A DNA stretch of 64,000 nucleotides from an uncultured Synergistia bacterium (GTDB lineage Bacteria; Synergistota; Synergistia; CAYRKT01). Below, piece by piece: positions 18,218-28,604 of this stretch. Position 1 is the first letter of the stretch; each line of letters starts with the position of its first letter. The translations under genes and the position numbers were made by a program. Below the pieces are notes generated by a model. That model was not told the origin of the DNA. It ran no database searches and saw only the letters and a program-made list of their open reading frames with translations. The stretch covers positions 77,980 to 141,979 of the forward strand of contig CAYRKT010000001.1 in the NCBI GenBank assembly GCA_964425005.1, written 5' to 3'.

Positions 18218-19606
18218 TCACCTCCCCGCATCCTTCGGCCGCTCGAAGTTCTCCAGGAAGAAGGAGATGAGCCCCTGGACGTACCCTTCGTCCACCTCGC
18301 AGCTCTCCCTCTGGCCTACGGCCTCCACCAGGGCGAAGGCTAAAAGCCTCCTCTTAGCCCTGTCCGAGAGGAAGTTCAGGTAGCCCTGAAGCTCCTCCTT
18401 CGGCTTGCTGTTAAGGGTCCTGACCACCGTCTGGTAGGGCACCCCCATCTCAGAGGCCCAGAGGTAGAGCTCCACGTTCAGGTCGCGATCGGAGGGCCTT
18501 ATGCCCATCTTCTCCCCCAGCGCCTCCACCACGAAGTACTCCTTAAGCGACCTCCTGTATCCCTCCTCCAGGCTACGCCTGTAGTCCTCCATGTTGGTCC
18601 CCTGGGAGAGCAGGTAGTCTATCAGGTCCGTACCCTTCTCGGCCAGCTCCCTCTTGAGAGCCTCCACCCTGGCATCCACCCTCTCCAGCACCATCCTCTG
18701 GGGGACCTCGACCCTCGAGGCTTCGACCACCTCGTTGAGGCAAACCCCAGCCAGCCTGGACCTCTCGTAGCCCTCGGCTATGCGGGGGAACTGCTCCCTT
18801 GCCGCCTCGACCAGCGCCTCCCTGCCGGGAAAGCCCAAACCCTTCGCCAGTTCATCCCAGTCCTGCAGGCCGATCTCGTAGACCCCAAGCACCTCCACCC
18901 TGGTCCTCGCCCTGACCCCTGAGCCCAAGCCGAAGACCTTCGGATCCACCTCCAAGTCGTAAGTCTCACCCCTGCTGCGCCCGAGGGACTCCAGGACGAA
19001 CCTGGGGGATCCCTCCTCAAGGGGCAGGAAGTCAGAGAAGGACCTCTCCCTGTCCACCTCGAACTCGTCGCCGTCGCCGGAGGAGACCTCCAGCTCCACC
19101 TTGAGCTCCACCACGTCGCCCATCCTGGCGGGACGGTCCACCCGCTTGGCCTCCTTGCCGAACCTGTTCCTCACGGCCTCCAGAAGCCTCTCCAGCAAAA
19201 CCTCGTCGAGCTCGACCCTCTTCCTCTCCACCTGGATATCCTTGAGCTCGGGCAGCTCCACCTCGGGGAAGACCGAGAGCTCGAACTCGCAGACGAAGTC
19301 CTTGCCCTCCTCCGCCTGGACCACCTTCACCCTGGGCCTATCCATGAGCTTCAGGTCCAGGGAGGAGACGACCTCCTTGAAGGCGTCCTCCACCAGGCCC
19401 TCTAAGGCCCTCTCGTATATGGCCTCCTTGCCCAGATAGAGCTCCAGGATCCTCCTGGGGGCCTTGCCCTTCCTGAAACCCTTTATCTTAAGCTCGCTGG
19501 CGAGCTCCCTTGCGGCCTTTGCAACCCTATCGGCGAAGACCTCCTTGTCCTCCTCCACCCTTACGTGGAGGAGGTTCTCCTGTTGAGAGACCAGCTCAGT
19601 CCTCAT
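18218..19606 (-). CDS. tig: Trigger factor
   Basis: N-terminal ribosome-binding region, central peptidyl-prolyl isomerase-like region and C-terminal domain; sits 6 nt upstream of clpP in the conserved tig-clpP-clpX-lon order. Confidence 0.9.
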   Translation of the reverse strand: MRTELVSQQENLLHVRVEEDKEVFADRVAKAARELASELKIKGFRKGKAPRRILELYLGKEAIYERALEGLVEDAFKEVVSSLDLKLMDRPRVKVVQAEEGKDFVCEFELSVFPEVELPELKDIQVERKRVELDEVLLERLLEAVRNRFGKEAKRVDRPARMGDVVELKVELEVSSGDGDEFEVDRERSFSDFLPLEEGSPRFVLESLGRSRGETYDLEVDPKVFGLGSGVRARTRVEVLGVYEIGLQDWDELAKGLGFPGREALVEAAREQFPRIAEGYERSRLAGVCLNEVVEASRVEVPQRMVLERVDARVEALKRELAEKGTDLIDYLLSQGTNMEDYRRSLEEGYRRSLKEYFVVEALGEKMGIRPSDRDLNVELYLWASEMGVPYQTVVRTLNSKPKEELQGYLNFLSDRAKRRLLAFALVEAVGQRESCEVDEGYVQGLISFFLENFERPKDAGR

Positions 19607-19694
19607 CGAAGCTTACCTCCTCGGAGAGTTGAGGATAGAGAGAAGTTGCAACCACAACCCTTAAGGTATATGATACCAGACCCGCAAAAAATAT

Positions 19695-19779
19695 GGTGCG
19701 AGAGGTGGGATTTGAACCCACACGGGCCTGCGCCCACTGGATCCTAAGTCCAGCGCGTCTTCCCTTCCGCCACTCTCGC
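19695..19779 (-). tRNA. tRNA-Leu, anticodon TAG, type II with long variable arm, CCA encoded
   Basis: Manual fold: acceptor GCGAGAG/CTCTCGC, anticodon stem-loop CTGGA-CTTAGGA-TCCAG (anticodon UAG), variable arm, T arm GTGGG-TTCAAAT-CCCAC, discriminator A, CCA. A TTTTTT run follows on the coding strand. Confidence 0.8.
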
Positions 19780-19841
19780 ACGCCACCGGGAGCAGACTTC
19801 CCGAACGGAAACGGACAGAGGGCTGACAACCCCAAAAAAGA

Positions 19842-19917
19842 TGGTGGGCCGTACAGGAATCGAACCTGTGACCCCCTGATTAAGAGTCAGGTGCTCTACC
19901 GTCTGAGCTAACGGCCC
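19842..19917 (-). tRNA. tRNA-Lys, anticodon CTT, CCA encoded
   Basis: Manual fold: GGGCCGT acceptor, D arm GCTC-AGACGGT-AGAGC, anticodon stem-loop CCTGA-CTCTTAA-TCAGG (anticodon CUU), T arm ACAGG-TTCGATT-CCTGT; 76 nt. Confidence 0.85.
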
Positions 19918-20080
19918 ACGCTCTTCTCACCCTTATTCTTCTTCGCCGCCAAAGCAAGCGCCCTCACCCCAGGGCGCTGAAGCCTTCAGGCCCAAACCCT
20001 GCTAGAATATACTCAAGGAACCCGGCGAAGTCAAGAGCGACCTGGGGCGAGGTCAAGCTCGAGCGAGGGAGTGATCTCCT

Positions 20081-21496
20081 TTGCCCTACTCGTCTCGCTA
20101 CGCCGTCGGCGACACCATAGCCGCCATCGCGACGCCCTTCGGCGAGGGCGGGATATCGGTGGTCAAGGTATCCGGCCCCGAGGCGGTGAGGCTCGCCGAG
20201 GGACTGCTCAGATCCCGAAGAAGGCTCTCTGAGGTACCCCCGAGGCACATGTTGCACGCCTGGGCGATCGACCCCTCCTCGGGAGAGCCCCTGGACGAGG
20301 TGCTGGCGGTGAGGTTCGATCCCCCCAGGAGCTACACCGGCGAGGAGGTGGCCGAGATACACTGCCACGGGGGCTGCGCGGTGAGCCAGCGAATCCTGGA
20401 GATCCTCCTCCAGCTGGGGGCCAGGCACGCCTCGCCGGGGGAGTTCACCTTCAGGGCCTTCTTCAACGGAAAGATGGACCTCACCCAGGTCGAGTCGGTC
20501 CTGTCCCTCATAAGGGCGAGGACGGAGGCGGCCCTGAAGAGCGCCGCCAGGAGCTTGGGGGGCGCCGTGAGGAGGAGGGCTGAGTCCGTGAGGGAACGGC
20601 TCTTAAGACTGGCCGCCTGGATCGAGGCCCAGATAGACTACCCTGACGAGGACGTCCCCCAGGCCGAGGTGGAGGCCCTGGCATCTGAGCTGGAGGGGAT
20701 CTGCGAGGATCTAGAGGACCTGCTGGAGAGGATGAGGGCAGGGCAGCTGCTGGGGGAGGGCATAAGGGTGGCCATAGTGGGAAGACCCAACGTTGGGAAA
20801 AGCAGCCTTCTCAACGCCCTGCTCAAGGAGGCGAGGGCCATAGTAACCTCCATACCTGGTACCACCCGGGACATAGTGGAGGGGGTGATATCCCACAAGG
20901 GGATCCCCATAAGGCTGGCCGACACCGCGGGGATAAGGGAGACCATCGACGAGGTGGAGAGCATCGGGGTCCAACGGGCCCTGGCGGCTGCTAGGGAGTC
21001 CGACGTGAACGTCCTGGTCCTGGACGGAAGCGATGACCTCACGGAGGAGGACCTCAGGCTCATGGAGGAGTTCGCCCACAAGCCCATGGTGGTAGTGGTG
21101 AACAAGCTGGATCTACCGAGCAGGATCACCCCAGAAGGGGTCAGGAGGGAGGCCCTCAGGAGGTTAGGTCGAGACCTGAGGGCGGAGGTCCTGGAGATAT
21201 CCGCCCTGCGGGGCACCAACGTGGAGGCCCTGAAGGAGGCCCTGGTGCGCTTCGTCCTGGAGGGCGAAGGAGGGCTCCAGGAGGCCTTGAGCTCGACCCC
21301 CAGACAGATCTCCTGCGTCCTGGACTCGTCCGAGCACCTAAAGGAGGCTAAGCTCGCGCTGGACGAGGGCCTCGGGCTCGAGGTGGTGGCGGAGCTCATC
21401 AGGAGGTCCCTCGAGAAGCTAGACGTCCTCCTGGGCCTCAGCGCGCAGGAGGACGTCATAGAGCAGATATTCTCCAGCTTTTGCGTGGGAAAATAG
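20081..21496 (+). CDS. mnmE: tRNA modification GTPase MnmE (TrmE)
   Basis: N-terminal AIATPFGEGGISVVKVSG, G domain [19 protein letters not shown]-terminal CVGK tetrapeptide; TTG start with GAGGGAG RBS. Confidence 0.9.
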   Translation: MPYSSRYAVGDTIAAIATPFGEGGISVVKVSGPEAVRLAEGLLRSRRRLSEVPPRHMLHAWAIDPSSGEPLDEVLAVRFDPPRSYTGEEVAEIHCHGGCAVSQRILEILLQLGARHASPGEFTFRAFFNGKMDLTQVESVLSLIRARTEAALKSAARSLGGAVRRRAESVRERLLRLAAWIEAQIDYPDEDVPQAEVEALASELEGICEDLEDLLERMRAGQLLGEGIRVAIVGRPNVGKSSLLNALLKEARAIVTSIPGTTRDIVEGVISHKGIPIRLADTAGIRETIDEVESIGVQRALAAARESDVNVLVLDGSDDLTEEDLRLMEEFAHKPMVVVVNKLDLPSRITPEGVRREALRRLGRDLRAEVLEISALRGTNVEALKEALVRFVLEGEGGLQEALSSTPRQISCVLDSSEHLKEAKLALDEGLGLEVVAELIRRSLEKLDVLLGLSAQEDVIEQIFSSFCVGK

Positions 21497-21500
21497 CCGA

Positions 21501-23216
21501 TCACATGCGCCGCGGAGCCGATACCCCCAACAGCCTCAGCCCGTTGGCCAGGACCGTACGGGTGGCCTCGCAGAGGACCAACCGGGCGTCCCTCAGGCGC
21601 TCGTCCCCGCAGCTCAACACAGGGCAGGAGTTGTAGAAGCGATGAAACCTGGAGGCCAGCTCCTGGAGGTAGAAGGCCACTCGATGGGGAGCCAGCTCCC
21701 TGGCGGAACGCTCCACCTCCTCCGGGAACTCGGCCAGATGCCTTATCAGGTCCATCTCCTCCGGCGAGGAGAGGGGGGTTAGATCGGCGGAGGAGGCATC
21801 CGGCATCGAGACCCCCCTCGAGAGGGCCTCTTCCTCCAGGCTGCATATCCTCGCATGGGCGTACTGCACGTAGTACACCGGGTTGTCGGAGGACTGGCTC
21901 TTCGCCAGGTTCAGGTCGAACTCCAGGTGGCTGTCCGATTTCCTCATGACGTAGAAGAACCTCGCAGCGTCCACGCCCACCTCCTCGAAGACCTCCCGCA
22001 GCGTGATGAACTCCCCGGACCTGGTGGACATGGAGACCTGCTTTCCATCCCTCAACAGGGTGACGAACTGGATCAAGACCACCTGGAAGCTCTCCTCAGG
22101 ATAGCCCAGGGCCTTGACAGCCGCCTTCATCCTGGGCACGTAGCCGTGGTGGTCCGCGCCCCATATGTCCACCAGGAGGTTGAAGCCTCGGTCGTACTTG
22201 TTCTTGTGGTAAGCCACGTCGGAGGCGAAGTAGGTGGGCGCTCCGTTGCTCCTCACCAGGACCCTGTCCTTCTCGTCCCCGAAGGCGGTGGACCTAAACC
22301 ACAAGGCCCCGTCCCCCTCGTAGGCGAACCCCTTGCCCTTGAGGTACTCCATGGCCTCGTCGAGGAGCCCCCTCTCGTAGAGGCTCCTCTCGGAGAACCA
22401 CACGTCGAACTCCACCCCGAAGTCCCTGAGGTCCTTGACTATACCCTCCAGGATCCAGTCCTTGGAGAACCTGTAGAAGTCGTCCACCACCCTCTCGACC
22501 TCGTCGCGGCCCTCCTCGCCCCTGGCCAGGGCCTCCTCGAGCCTCCGAAGGTGGAGGTCCCCATCCCTCTCGAGAACCATCCTGGCTACGTCGTACATGT
22601 AGGAGCCCTTGTAGCCGTCCTCCGGCAAGGGGTAGAGCTCAGGACGACCGAGGATCTCCACGTACCTGGCCAGGGCAGAACGCCCGAGCAACCTCATCTG
22701 AAGGCCGGCGTCGTTTATGTAGTACTCCTTGGAGACCTCGTAGCCGGCGAACCTGAGGACGTTGGCCATCACGTCCCCGACCGCTGCCCCTCTGCCGTGG
22801 CCCACGTGCAGCGGCCCAGTGGGATTGGCGCTGACGAACTCGAGGTTGACCCTAATGCCTCTACCCAAGTCCGAGCTGCCGTAACTATCCCCCATCCGAA
22901 CTATGTGGGGGAGCACCGATCTCCAGAAGGCGTCGGCCATCCTGAAGTTGAGGAAGCCGGGCTTTGCCACCTCCACCTCCCTGAAGAGGGAGGGATCGAA
23001 AACCCTGTCCCTTATCCTTGCGGCTATCTCCATCGGACTGGCCCTCAACACCTTGGCGAGCTGCATGGCCAAGGGGCTAGCCACGTCGCCGAACGACTCG
23101 TTGCGAGGGACCTCCACCAAAACGGGAGGGAGAAGCCCCTCGTCCAGACCCCTTTCCCTCAGGAGCTCGAGGGCTACCTCCTTGAGCCTCTCGGAAACCA
23201 TCCTCTGAACCCTCAT
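21501..23216 (-). CDS. argS: Arginyl-tRNA synthetase (start placed at an internal ATG; the maximal ORF reaches 23285 and would overlap secA)
   Basis: Class I HIGH region (ANPTGPLHVGHGRGAAVGD), anticodon-binding C-terminal domain. The chosen start MRVQRMVSERLKEV has a GGGGG RBS. Confidence 0.9.
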   Translation of the reverse strand: MRVQRMVSERLKEVALELLRERGLDEGLLPPVLVEVPRNESFGDVASPLAMQLAKVLRASPMEIAARIRDRVFDPSLFREVEVAKPGFLNFRMADAFWRSVLPHIVRMGDSYGSSDLGRGIRVNLEFVSANPTGPLHVGHGRGAAVGDVMANVLRFAGYEVSKEYYINDAGLQMRLLGRSALARYVEILGRPELYPLPEDGYKGSYMYDVARMVLERDGDLHLRRLEEALARGEEGRDEVERVVDDFYRFSKDWILEGIVKDLRDFGVEFDVWFSERSLYERGLLDEAMEYLKGKGFAYEGDGALWFRSTAFGDEKDRVLVRSNGAPTYFASDVAYHKNKYDRGFNLLVDIWGADHHGYVPRMKAAVKALGYPEESFQVVLIQFVTLLRDGKQVSMSTRSGEFITLREVFEEVGVDAARFFYVMRKSDSHLEFDLNLAKSQSSDNPVYYVQYAHARICSLEEEALSRGVSMPDASSADLTPLSSPEEMDLIRHLAEFPEEVERSARELAPHRVAFYLQELASRFHRFYNSCPVLSCGDERLRDARLVLCEATRTVLANGLRLLGVSAPRRM

Positions 23217-23227
23217 GGAATGACCCC

Positions 23228-25930
23228 CTAAGGCCGATTTTTGCCGCAACAGTGCTTGTACTTCTTGCCGCTGCCGCAAGGGCATGGCTCGTTCCTGCCC
23301 ACCTTCCGCTCGACCCTAACGGGCGTCTGCCGGTGCGGAAGCTGCAGGGGCGCGTCTCCCCCCACCGCCACGACGCCCTCCGGAGCGGCCACCTCTCTGA
23401 CTCCGCCAGCCTCGGGCTTGAGCTCCACTCCCCTGGTGTGCCTCAGCTCGAGCGAGAAGGCCACCGATACGACCCTGGAGAGGTCGCTCCTCCACAGGAA
23501 CCCCACCACGTCCCTCTTTATCCTGAAGAGCATGTCCTGGAAGAGCCTGTAGGACTCGAACTGATACTCCAGGAGCGGATCCTTCTGCCCTATGGCCCTC
23601 AGGCCTATGCCGCGCCTGAGCTCGTCCATGGAGAGAAGGTGGTCCCTCCAGTGAACGTCCACGGTGTGGAGCAAGAAGACCCTGAGCAGCTGGTTGAGCT
23701 CGGCCCTGGGAAGCGAAGGGTCGTCGAGCTTTTGGAAGAGCCTGGACTTGTAGGAATCGAGCTTCGTCGAGATCTCACCCAGGTCTTCCGCGGAGGCCAG
23801 GGCGATAGTCTCCCCTATGGTGCTCTTGAGCGTCGAGGATACCCTCTCGACCATCTCCTCGACCCCCTCGTCCTCCTGGGGGGACAGAAGGCCTTCGAAG
23901 AAGTCCTCCACCAGGTCCTTGCAGTGGGAGAAGACCTCCTCGTCCAGGAGTATCCGCCTGCGCTCGGAGTAGACCACCTCCCTCTGCTTGTTCATGACCA
24001 GGTCGTACTCCAGCAGGCGCTTCCTGATCTCGAAGTGGAGGCTCTCGACCTTCTTCTGCGCCGACTCTATGGCCTTGGAGAGGAGGGGGTGCTCTATAGC
24101 TTCGCCCTCCTGGACGCCGAGCTTCTCCATGATGGACTTTATCCTCTCGCCCCCGAAGAGGCGAAGGAGGTCGTCCTCGAGGGAGAGGTAGAACCTGCTC
24201 TTGCCGGGATCGCCCTGTCTGCCGCTCCTGCCGCGCAGCTGGTTGTCTATCCTTCGAGCCTCGTGCCTCTCGGTGCCCAAGACGTAAAGTCCACCGAGCT
24301 CCACAACTCGCTCGCGCTCCCTATCGCATATCTCCTTGAACTCCCTGAGCAGGCGCTCGTGCTCGGGGCTTCCCAGCTCTATCCCCCGCCTCTCGCACTC
24401 CTCCCTGGCCAGGAAGTGCGGATTGCCCCCCAGTATTATGTCCGTGCCGCGGCCGGCCATGTTGGTGGCTATGGTGACTGCCCCCAGACGACCGGCCTGA
24501 GCCACTATCTTGGCCTCCTTCTCGTGGTACTTAGCGTTGAGGACCTGGTGAGGTATGCCCCTCCTCTTGAGCATGGAGCTCAGTAGCTCGGATGTCTCTA
24601 TGGAGGTGGTCCCCACCAGGATGGGCTGCCCCCTCCGGTGAGTCTCCACTATGTCCTCCACCACCGCCTCGAACTTCTCCCGCTTGGTCCTGTATACCAC
24701 GTCCGGCAGGTCCTGGCGGATCATGGGCTTGTGGGTGGGTATGACCACCACCTCGAGGCCGTATATCTCCCTGAACTCCTCGGCCTCCGTGGCGGCGGTG
24801 CCGGTCATCCCGGCCAGCTTCCTGTACATGCGGAAGTAGTTCTGAAGGGTTATGGTGGCCAACGTCTGGTTCTCCGAGCCTATCCTGACCCCTTCCTTGG
24901 CCTCGATGCTCTGGTGGAGCCCGTCGGAGTACCTCCTGCCGAACATGAGCCTCCCGGTGAACTCGTCTACTATGATCACCTCTCCGTCCTTGACCACGTA
25001 GTCCACGTCCCTCTTGAAGAGGTGATGCGCCTTCAACGCCTGGACTATCTTGTGGGCCATGTCGGAGGTGATGTCGTCGAAGAGGCTGTCCACCTTGAGC
25101 AGCTCCTCGCAGCGTCTGATGCCGGCCTCGGTCAGGACCACGTTCCTCTCCTTCTCGTCCACCTCGAAGTGGACGCCCCTCTTCAGGGACCTGGCCACCC
25201 TGTCGGCCAGGATGTAGGGCTCCACCGAGTCCTCGCTGGGACCGGAGATGATGAGGGGGGTCCTGGCCTCGTCTATCAGGATGCTGTCCACCTCGTCCAC
25301 GATGGCGTAGCTGTGCCCCCTCTGCACCAGCTCGTCCCTGGAGACCGCCATGTTGTCCCTCAGGTAGTCGAAGCCGAACTCGGCGTTGGTCCCGTACGTT
25401 ATGTCGCAGAGGTAGGCCCTCTTCCTCTCCTCGAAGGGCATGTGGGAGTATATCACCCCGACGCTCAAGCCCAGGAAGCGATATATGGGACCCATCCACT
25501 CGGCGTCCCTCTTGGCCAGGTAGTCGTTCACCGTGACCACGTGGACGCCCTCCCCGGTGAGGGCGTTGAGGTAGGCCGAGAGGGTGGCCACCAGCGTCTT
25601 GCCCTCGCCGGTCTTCATCTCGGCTATCTTCCCCTCGTGCAGGACCACGCCCCCCATGAGCTGGACGTCGAAGTGCCTCATGCCCAGCACCCTCCTGGAT
25701 ACCTCCCTCACCACCGCGAAGGCCTCCGGGAGGATCTCGTCCAGGGTCTCTCCCCGCTCGAGCCTGGACTTGAAGACCAGGGTCTGGGAGGCTAAATCCG
25801 AGTCCGACATGGGGATATACCGTTCCTCCAGGGAGTTTATCCTCTTGACCAGCTCGCGAAGCCTCTTGAGCTCCCTCTCCTGGGCGTCGAGGCCCAGAGC
25901 CCTCTTCAAAAATCCGAACAAGCGAACCAC
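23228..25930 (-). CDS. secA: Preprotein translocase ATPase SecA
   Basis: DEAD-like motor domains and C-terminal zinc finger [14 protein letters not shown]; 900 aa; GTG start. Confidence 0.95.
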   Translation of the reverse strand: MVRLFGFLKRALGLDAQERELKRLRELVKRINSLEERYIPMSDSDLASQTLVFKSRLERGETLDEILPEAFAVVREVSRRVLGMRHFDVQLMGGVVLHEGKIAEMKTGEGKTLVATLSAYLNALTGEGVHVVTVNDYLAKRDAEWMGPIYRFLGLSVGVIYSHMPFEERKRAYLCDITYGTNAEFGFDYLRDNMAVSRDELVQRGHSYAIVDEVDSILIDEARTPLIISGPSEDSVEPYILADRVARSLKRGVHFEVDEKERNVVLTEAGIRRCEELLKVDSLFDDITSDMAHKIVQALKAHHLFKRDVDYVVKDGEVIIVDEFTGRLMFGRRYSDGLHQSIEAKEGVRIGSENQTLATITLQNYFRMYRKLAGMTGTAATEAEEFREIYGLEVVVIPTHKPMIRQDLPDVVYRTKREKFEAVVEDIVETHRRGQPILVGTTSIETSELLSSMLKRRGIPHQVLNAKYHEKEAKIVAQAGRLGAVTIATNMAGRGTDIILGGNPHFLAREECERRGIELGSPEHERLLREFKEICDRERERVVELGGLYVLGTERHEARRIDNQLRGRSGRQGDPGKSRFYLSLEDDLLRLFGGERIKSIMEKLGVQEGEAIEHPLLSKAIESAQKKVESLHFEIRKRLLEYDLVMNKQREVVYSERRRILLDEEVFSHCKDLVEDFFEGLLSPQEDEGVEEMVERVSSTLKSTIGETIALASAEDLGEISTKLDSYKSRLFQKLDDPSLPRAELNQLLRVFLLHTVDVHWRDHLLSMDELRRGIGLRAIGQKDPLLEYQFESYRLFQDMLFRIKRDVVGFLWRSDLSRVVSVAFSLELRHTRGVELKPEAGGVREVAAPEGVVAVGGDAPLQLPHRQTPVRVERKVGRNEPCPCGSGKKYKHCCGKNRP

Positions 25931-25976
25931 CGACCTGGGGTTTCTCTAGAGCTAACGCGGACGAAGAGTCCTACCC

Positions 25977-25985
25977 ATTATAGCA
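25977..25985 (-). promoter_or_regulatory. Extended -10 promoter element (TGcTATAAT) upstream of secA
   Basis: Minus strand reads gctgTGcTATAATgggtagg, about 45 nt upstream of the secA start. Confidence 0.35.
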
Positions 25986-26018
25986 CAGCTCCAGAGCGGT
26001 TATACTATTGACCAGGAG

Positions 26019-27566
26019 GTGAATGGGTTGGGCGTAAAAAGGGCTTTGGTCTCCACCTGGGACAAGAGCGGGCTGGAGGAGCTCGCCTCCTCCTTTCGAG
26101 AGAGGGACGTGGAGGTGATCTCCACAGGAGGGACGGCTAAGGTCCTCCGCGGGATGGGGTGCACGGTGGTGGAGGTCGAGAGCGTCTCGGGCTTCCCAAG
26201 CCTCTTCGGCGGGAGGGTAAAGACCCTCCATCCCGCGGTCATGGGCGCCATCCTCATGAGAAGGGACTCGAAGGAGGACCTGTCGGAGGCCGACGCGCAC
26301 GGAATAAAGCCCGTGGACCTGGTGGTGGTAGATCTCTACCCGTTCGAGGCGGCCTCCGCCTCGGGCTCGCCGCTGGAGGAACTGGTGGAGAAGATAGACG
26401 TGGGGGGCGTGACCCTCATCCGGGCAGCGGCCAAGAACTTCGCCAGCGTGGCGGTGGTGGTGGACAAAGCCGACTACCCGAAGGTGGCCCAGCTCATAAG
26501 GGAGAGAGGAGAGATCCCCCTCGAGGTCCGAAGGGGCCTGGCGGTCAAGGCCTTCAGGAGGAGCTCCTTCTACGACGCCCTGATAGGGTTCGAGCTCGCG
26601 AGGCGCTTCGAGGAGGAGGTCATCCCGTTGTCCGCCGCCGAGATCTCGCTCCCCTTGTCCCTCGTGAGCGCCCTTCGCTACGGCGAGAACCCCCATCAGA
26701 GGGCCTCCCTCTTCTCCTCTCCTCTGAACCCGCCCCTGCGCGTGGAGAAGCTGCAGGGCAAGGAGCTCTCCTACAACAACCTCCTCGACCTGGAGTCCGC
26801 CCTGGTCGGCTGTCATCTGCTGAGGGAGAGGTGCGCCTGCGTTATCATCAAGCACAACCAGCCCTGTGGGATAGCCGTTGGGACCACCCCGAAGGAGGCC
26901 TACGCCAGGGCCGTAGAGGCCGACCCCGTGTCGGCGTTCGGCGGGGTGGTGGGCTTCACCAGAGCGGTGGACGGAGAGACGGCCGAGGAGGTAACTAAAT
27001 CCTTCAAGGAGGCCGTGGTGGCCCCGGACTACTCGAGCGAGGCCCTCTCGATCCTGAGGGGGAGGGAGAGGCTCTCGATCCTGAGGGCGGACCCAAAGGA
27101 CCTGAGGTCCAGGCCCTCCCTCAGGAACACCGTCTTCGGGATCCTCGTGCAGGAGGAGAGGGAGACGCCGATGCCGGCCCTGACCTCCATGAGGTGGGTG
27201 TCCGGCGACCCACAGGGGCTAGACGAGGAGTCGGCGGATGTGGCATGGGTGGCATCGTACCTCCTCAAGAGCAACGCCGTGGCCATCGCCAAGGGGGGCA
27301 GGACGGTGGGACTCTGCGGTGGGCAGCCGAACCGGGTCAGCGCCGTGGCCATAGCCCTGCAGAGGGCGGGCGAACTGGCGAGAGGTTCGGTGATGGTCTC
27401 GGACGGCTTCTTCCCCTTCCCCGACTCCATAGAGCTGGCGGCGGATTCCGGGGTATCCTTCGTGATCCAGCCCGGCGGGTCCGTGAGGGACGAAGAGGTG
27501 ATCGAGGCGGCCAGGGCAAGGGGTGTCGCCATGGCCATCACGGGGATCAGGCTCTTCAGGCACTGA
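26019..27566 (+). CDS. purH: Bifunctional AICAR formyltransferase / IMP cyclohydrolase PurH (true start may be TTG at 26028)
   Basis: MGS-like N-terminus KRALVSTWDKSGLEELA..ISTGGTAKVL and AICARFT domain; 515 aa. The AGGAGG at 26014-26019 is better spaced for the TTG at 26028. Confidence 0.9.
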   Translation: MNGLGVKRALVSTWDKSGLEELASSFRERDVEVISTGGTAKVLRGMGCTVVEVESVSGFPSLFGGRVKTLHPAVMGAILMRRDSKEDLSEADAHGIKPVDLVVVDLYPFEAASASGSPLEELVEKIDVGGVTLIRAAAKNFASVAVVVDKADYPKVAQLIRERGEIPLEVRRGLAVKAFRRSSFYDALIGFELARRFEEEVIPLSAAEISLPLSLVSALRYGENPHQRASLFSSPLNPPLRVEKLQGKELSYNNLLDLESALVGCHLLRERCACVIIKHNQPCGIAVGTTPKEAYARAVEADPVSAFGGVVGFTRAVDGETAEEVTKSFKEAVVAPDYSSEALSILRGRERLSILRADPKDLRSRPSLRNTVFGILVQEERETPMPALTSMRWVSGDPQGLDEESADVAWVASYLLKSNAVAIAKGGRTVGLCGGQPNRVSAVAIALQRAGELARGSVMVSDGFFPFPDSIELAADSGVSFVIQPGGSVRDEEVIEAARARGVAMAITGIRLFRH

Positions 27567-27575
27567 GGACCAGAC

Positions 27576-27872
27576 ATGAGAGGCAAGCTAGCTCTCACCC
27601 TGTTCTCGCTGCTGATCTGCGCCTGTCTCAGCCCTATGCCCTCGGGGGCAAGCGAGTGGAAGGAGGTGTTCCGGAGGGACCACGCGGTGTACCTCGTGGA
27701 GCTACCCCCCATCAGCAACGACTGCAGCTCGACTCAAGTCAGGGTGAGGATAAAGATCGAGGGGACGGGCTTCGAAGAGGAGCTGATATACCAGTTCAGC
27801 GAGGACGGCAAGCTCTACAGGAACCTGGACAGCGTCGTCAGGGCCTCCGACGGAGGCCTGGTGGAGACCTGA
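27576..27872 (+). CDS. Small exported hypothetical protein (signal peptide)
   Basis: MRGKLALTLFSLLICACLSPMPSGASEW.. hydrophobic signal sequence. Starts 9 nt after the purH stop with a GAGGA RBS; 98 aa. Confidence 0.5.
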   Translation: MRGKLALTLFSLLICACLSPMPSGASEWKEVFRRDHAVYLVELPPISNDCSSTQVRVRIKIEGTGFEEELIYQFSEDGKLYRNLDSVVRASDGGLVET

Positions 27873-27975
27873 ATAGTCATGTCCGGCTGGGCCTCGTGGA
27901 GGCCCGTGGAGGCGGGTAGCCCGGCGGAGGCCATATGGGAGGCGCTGAGGAAGAGGTGAAGGAGGGATCTCAAGC

Positions 27976-28479
27976 TTGGCCAGGGTAGTGATAACCACCA
28001 GGCAGGGAGACAAGGGTTTCACGAGGATAGGCGACGGTTCGACCCTGAGGAAGGACGACCCGAGGGTCGAAACCTATGGCGCACTGGACGAATGCCAGGC
28101 GGCGCTGGGCTGTGCGAGGGCTTTCTGCAGGTCGGAGGGGATCAGGGGAAAAATCCACAGGCTAGAGGAGGACCTGAAGTTCCTGATGGGATACATAGCC
28201 AAATACCCGGGGGTAGAACTCCCCCCCATCAAAACCCTGGAGGAGATGGTGGAGGAGGCCGTGAAGAGCTCAGAGGGCAGGGAGTTTAAGTTCCTCACCC
28301 CGGGGGAGAACCCGGTCGACGCCTTCCTCCACCTGGCGAGGACCATAGCTAGAAGGGCCGAACGGTGGGCGGTGAAGCTGCTCCTCGATGGGGAGATAGA
28401 CCTGGACTGCTACACCTACGTGAACAGGCTCTCCGACGCCATCTACGCCCTCGTGCTCATCTACGAGGAGGAGAAATGA
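27976..28479 (+). CDS. PduO-type ATP:cob(I)alamin adenosyltransferase
   Basis: ITTRQGDKGFTRIGDGSTLRKDDPRVETYGALDECQAALG matches the PduO/MMAB N-terminal signature (TKTGDKGETSL..KDDPRIEAYGTVDELNS). TTG start with AAGGAGGGA RBS; 167 aa. Confidence 0.8.
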   Translation: MARVVITTRQGDKGFTRIGDGSTLRKDDPRVETYGALDECQAALGCARAFCRSEGIRGKIHRLEEDLKFLMGYIAKYPGVELPPIKTLEEMVEEAVKSSEGREFKFLTPGENPVDAFLHLARTIARRAERWAVKLLLDGEIDLDCYTYVNRLSDAIYALVLIYEEEK

Positions 28480-28482
28480 AAA

Positions 28483-28569
28483 TGGTGCCGGAGGTGGGAT
28501 TTGAACCCACACGGGCTTCCGCCCACTACCCCCTCAAGATAGCGTGTCTGCCAATTCCACCACTCCGGC
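28483..28569 (-). tRNA. tRNA-Leu, anticodon GAG, type II, CCA encoded
   Basis: Manual fold: acceptor GCCGGAG/CTCCGGC, anticodon stem-loop CTATC-TTGAGGG-GGTAG (anticodon GAG), variable arm TGGGCGGAAGCCCGT, T arm GTGGG-TTCAAAT-CCCAC. Own TATAAT -10 at 28580-28585 on the minus strand. Confidence 0.8.
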
Positions 28570-28604
28570 ACGCGCAAAGATTATAAGGCCGAAGCACTCG
28601 CAAG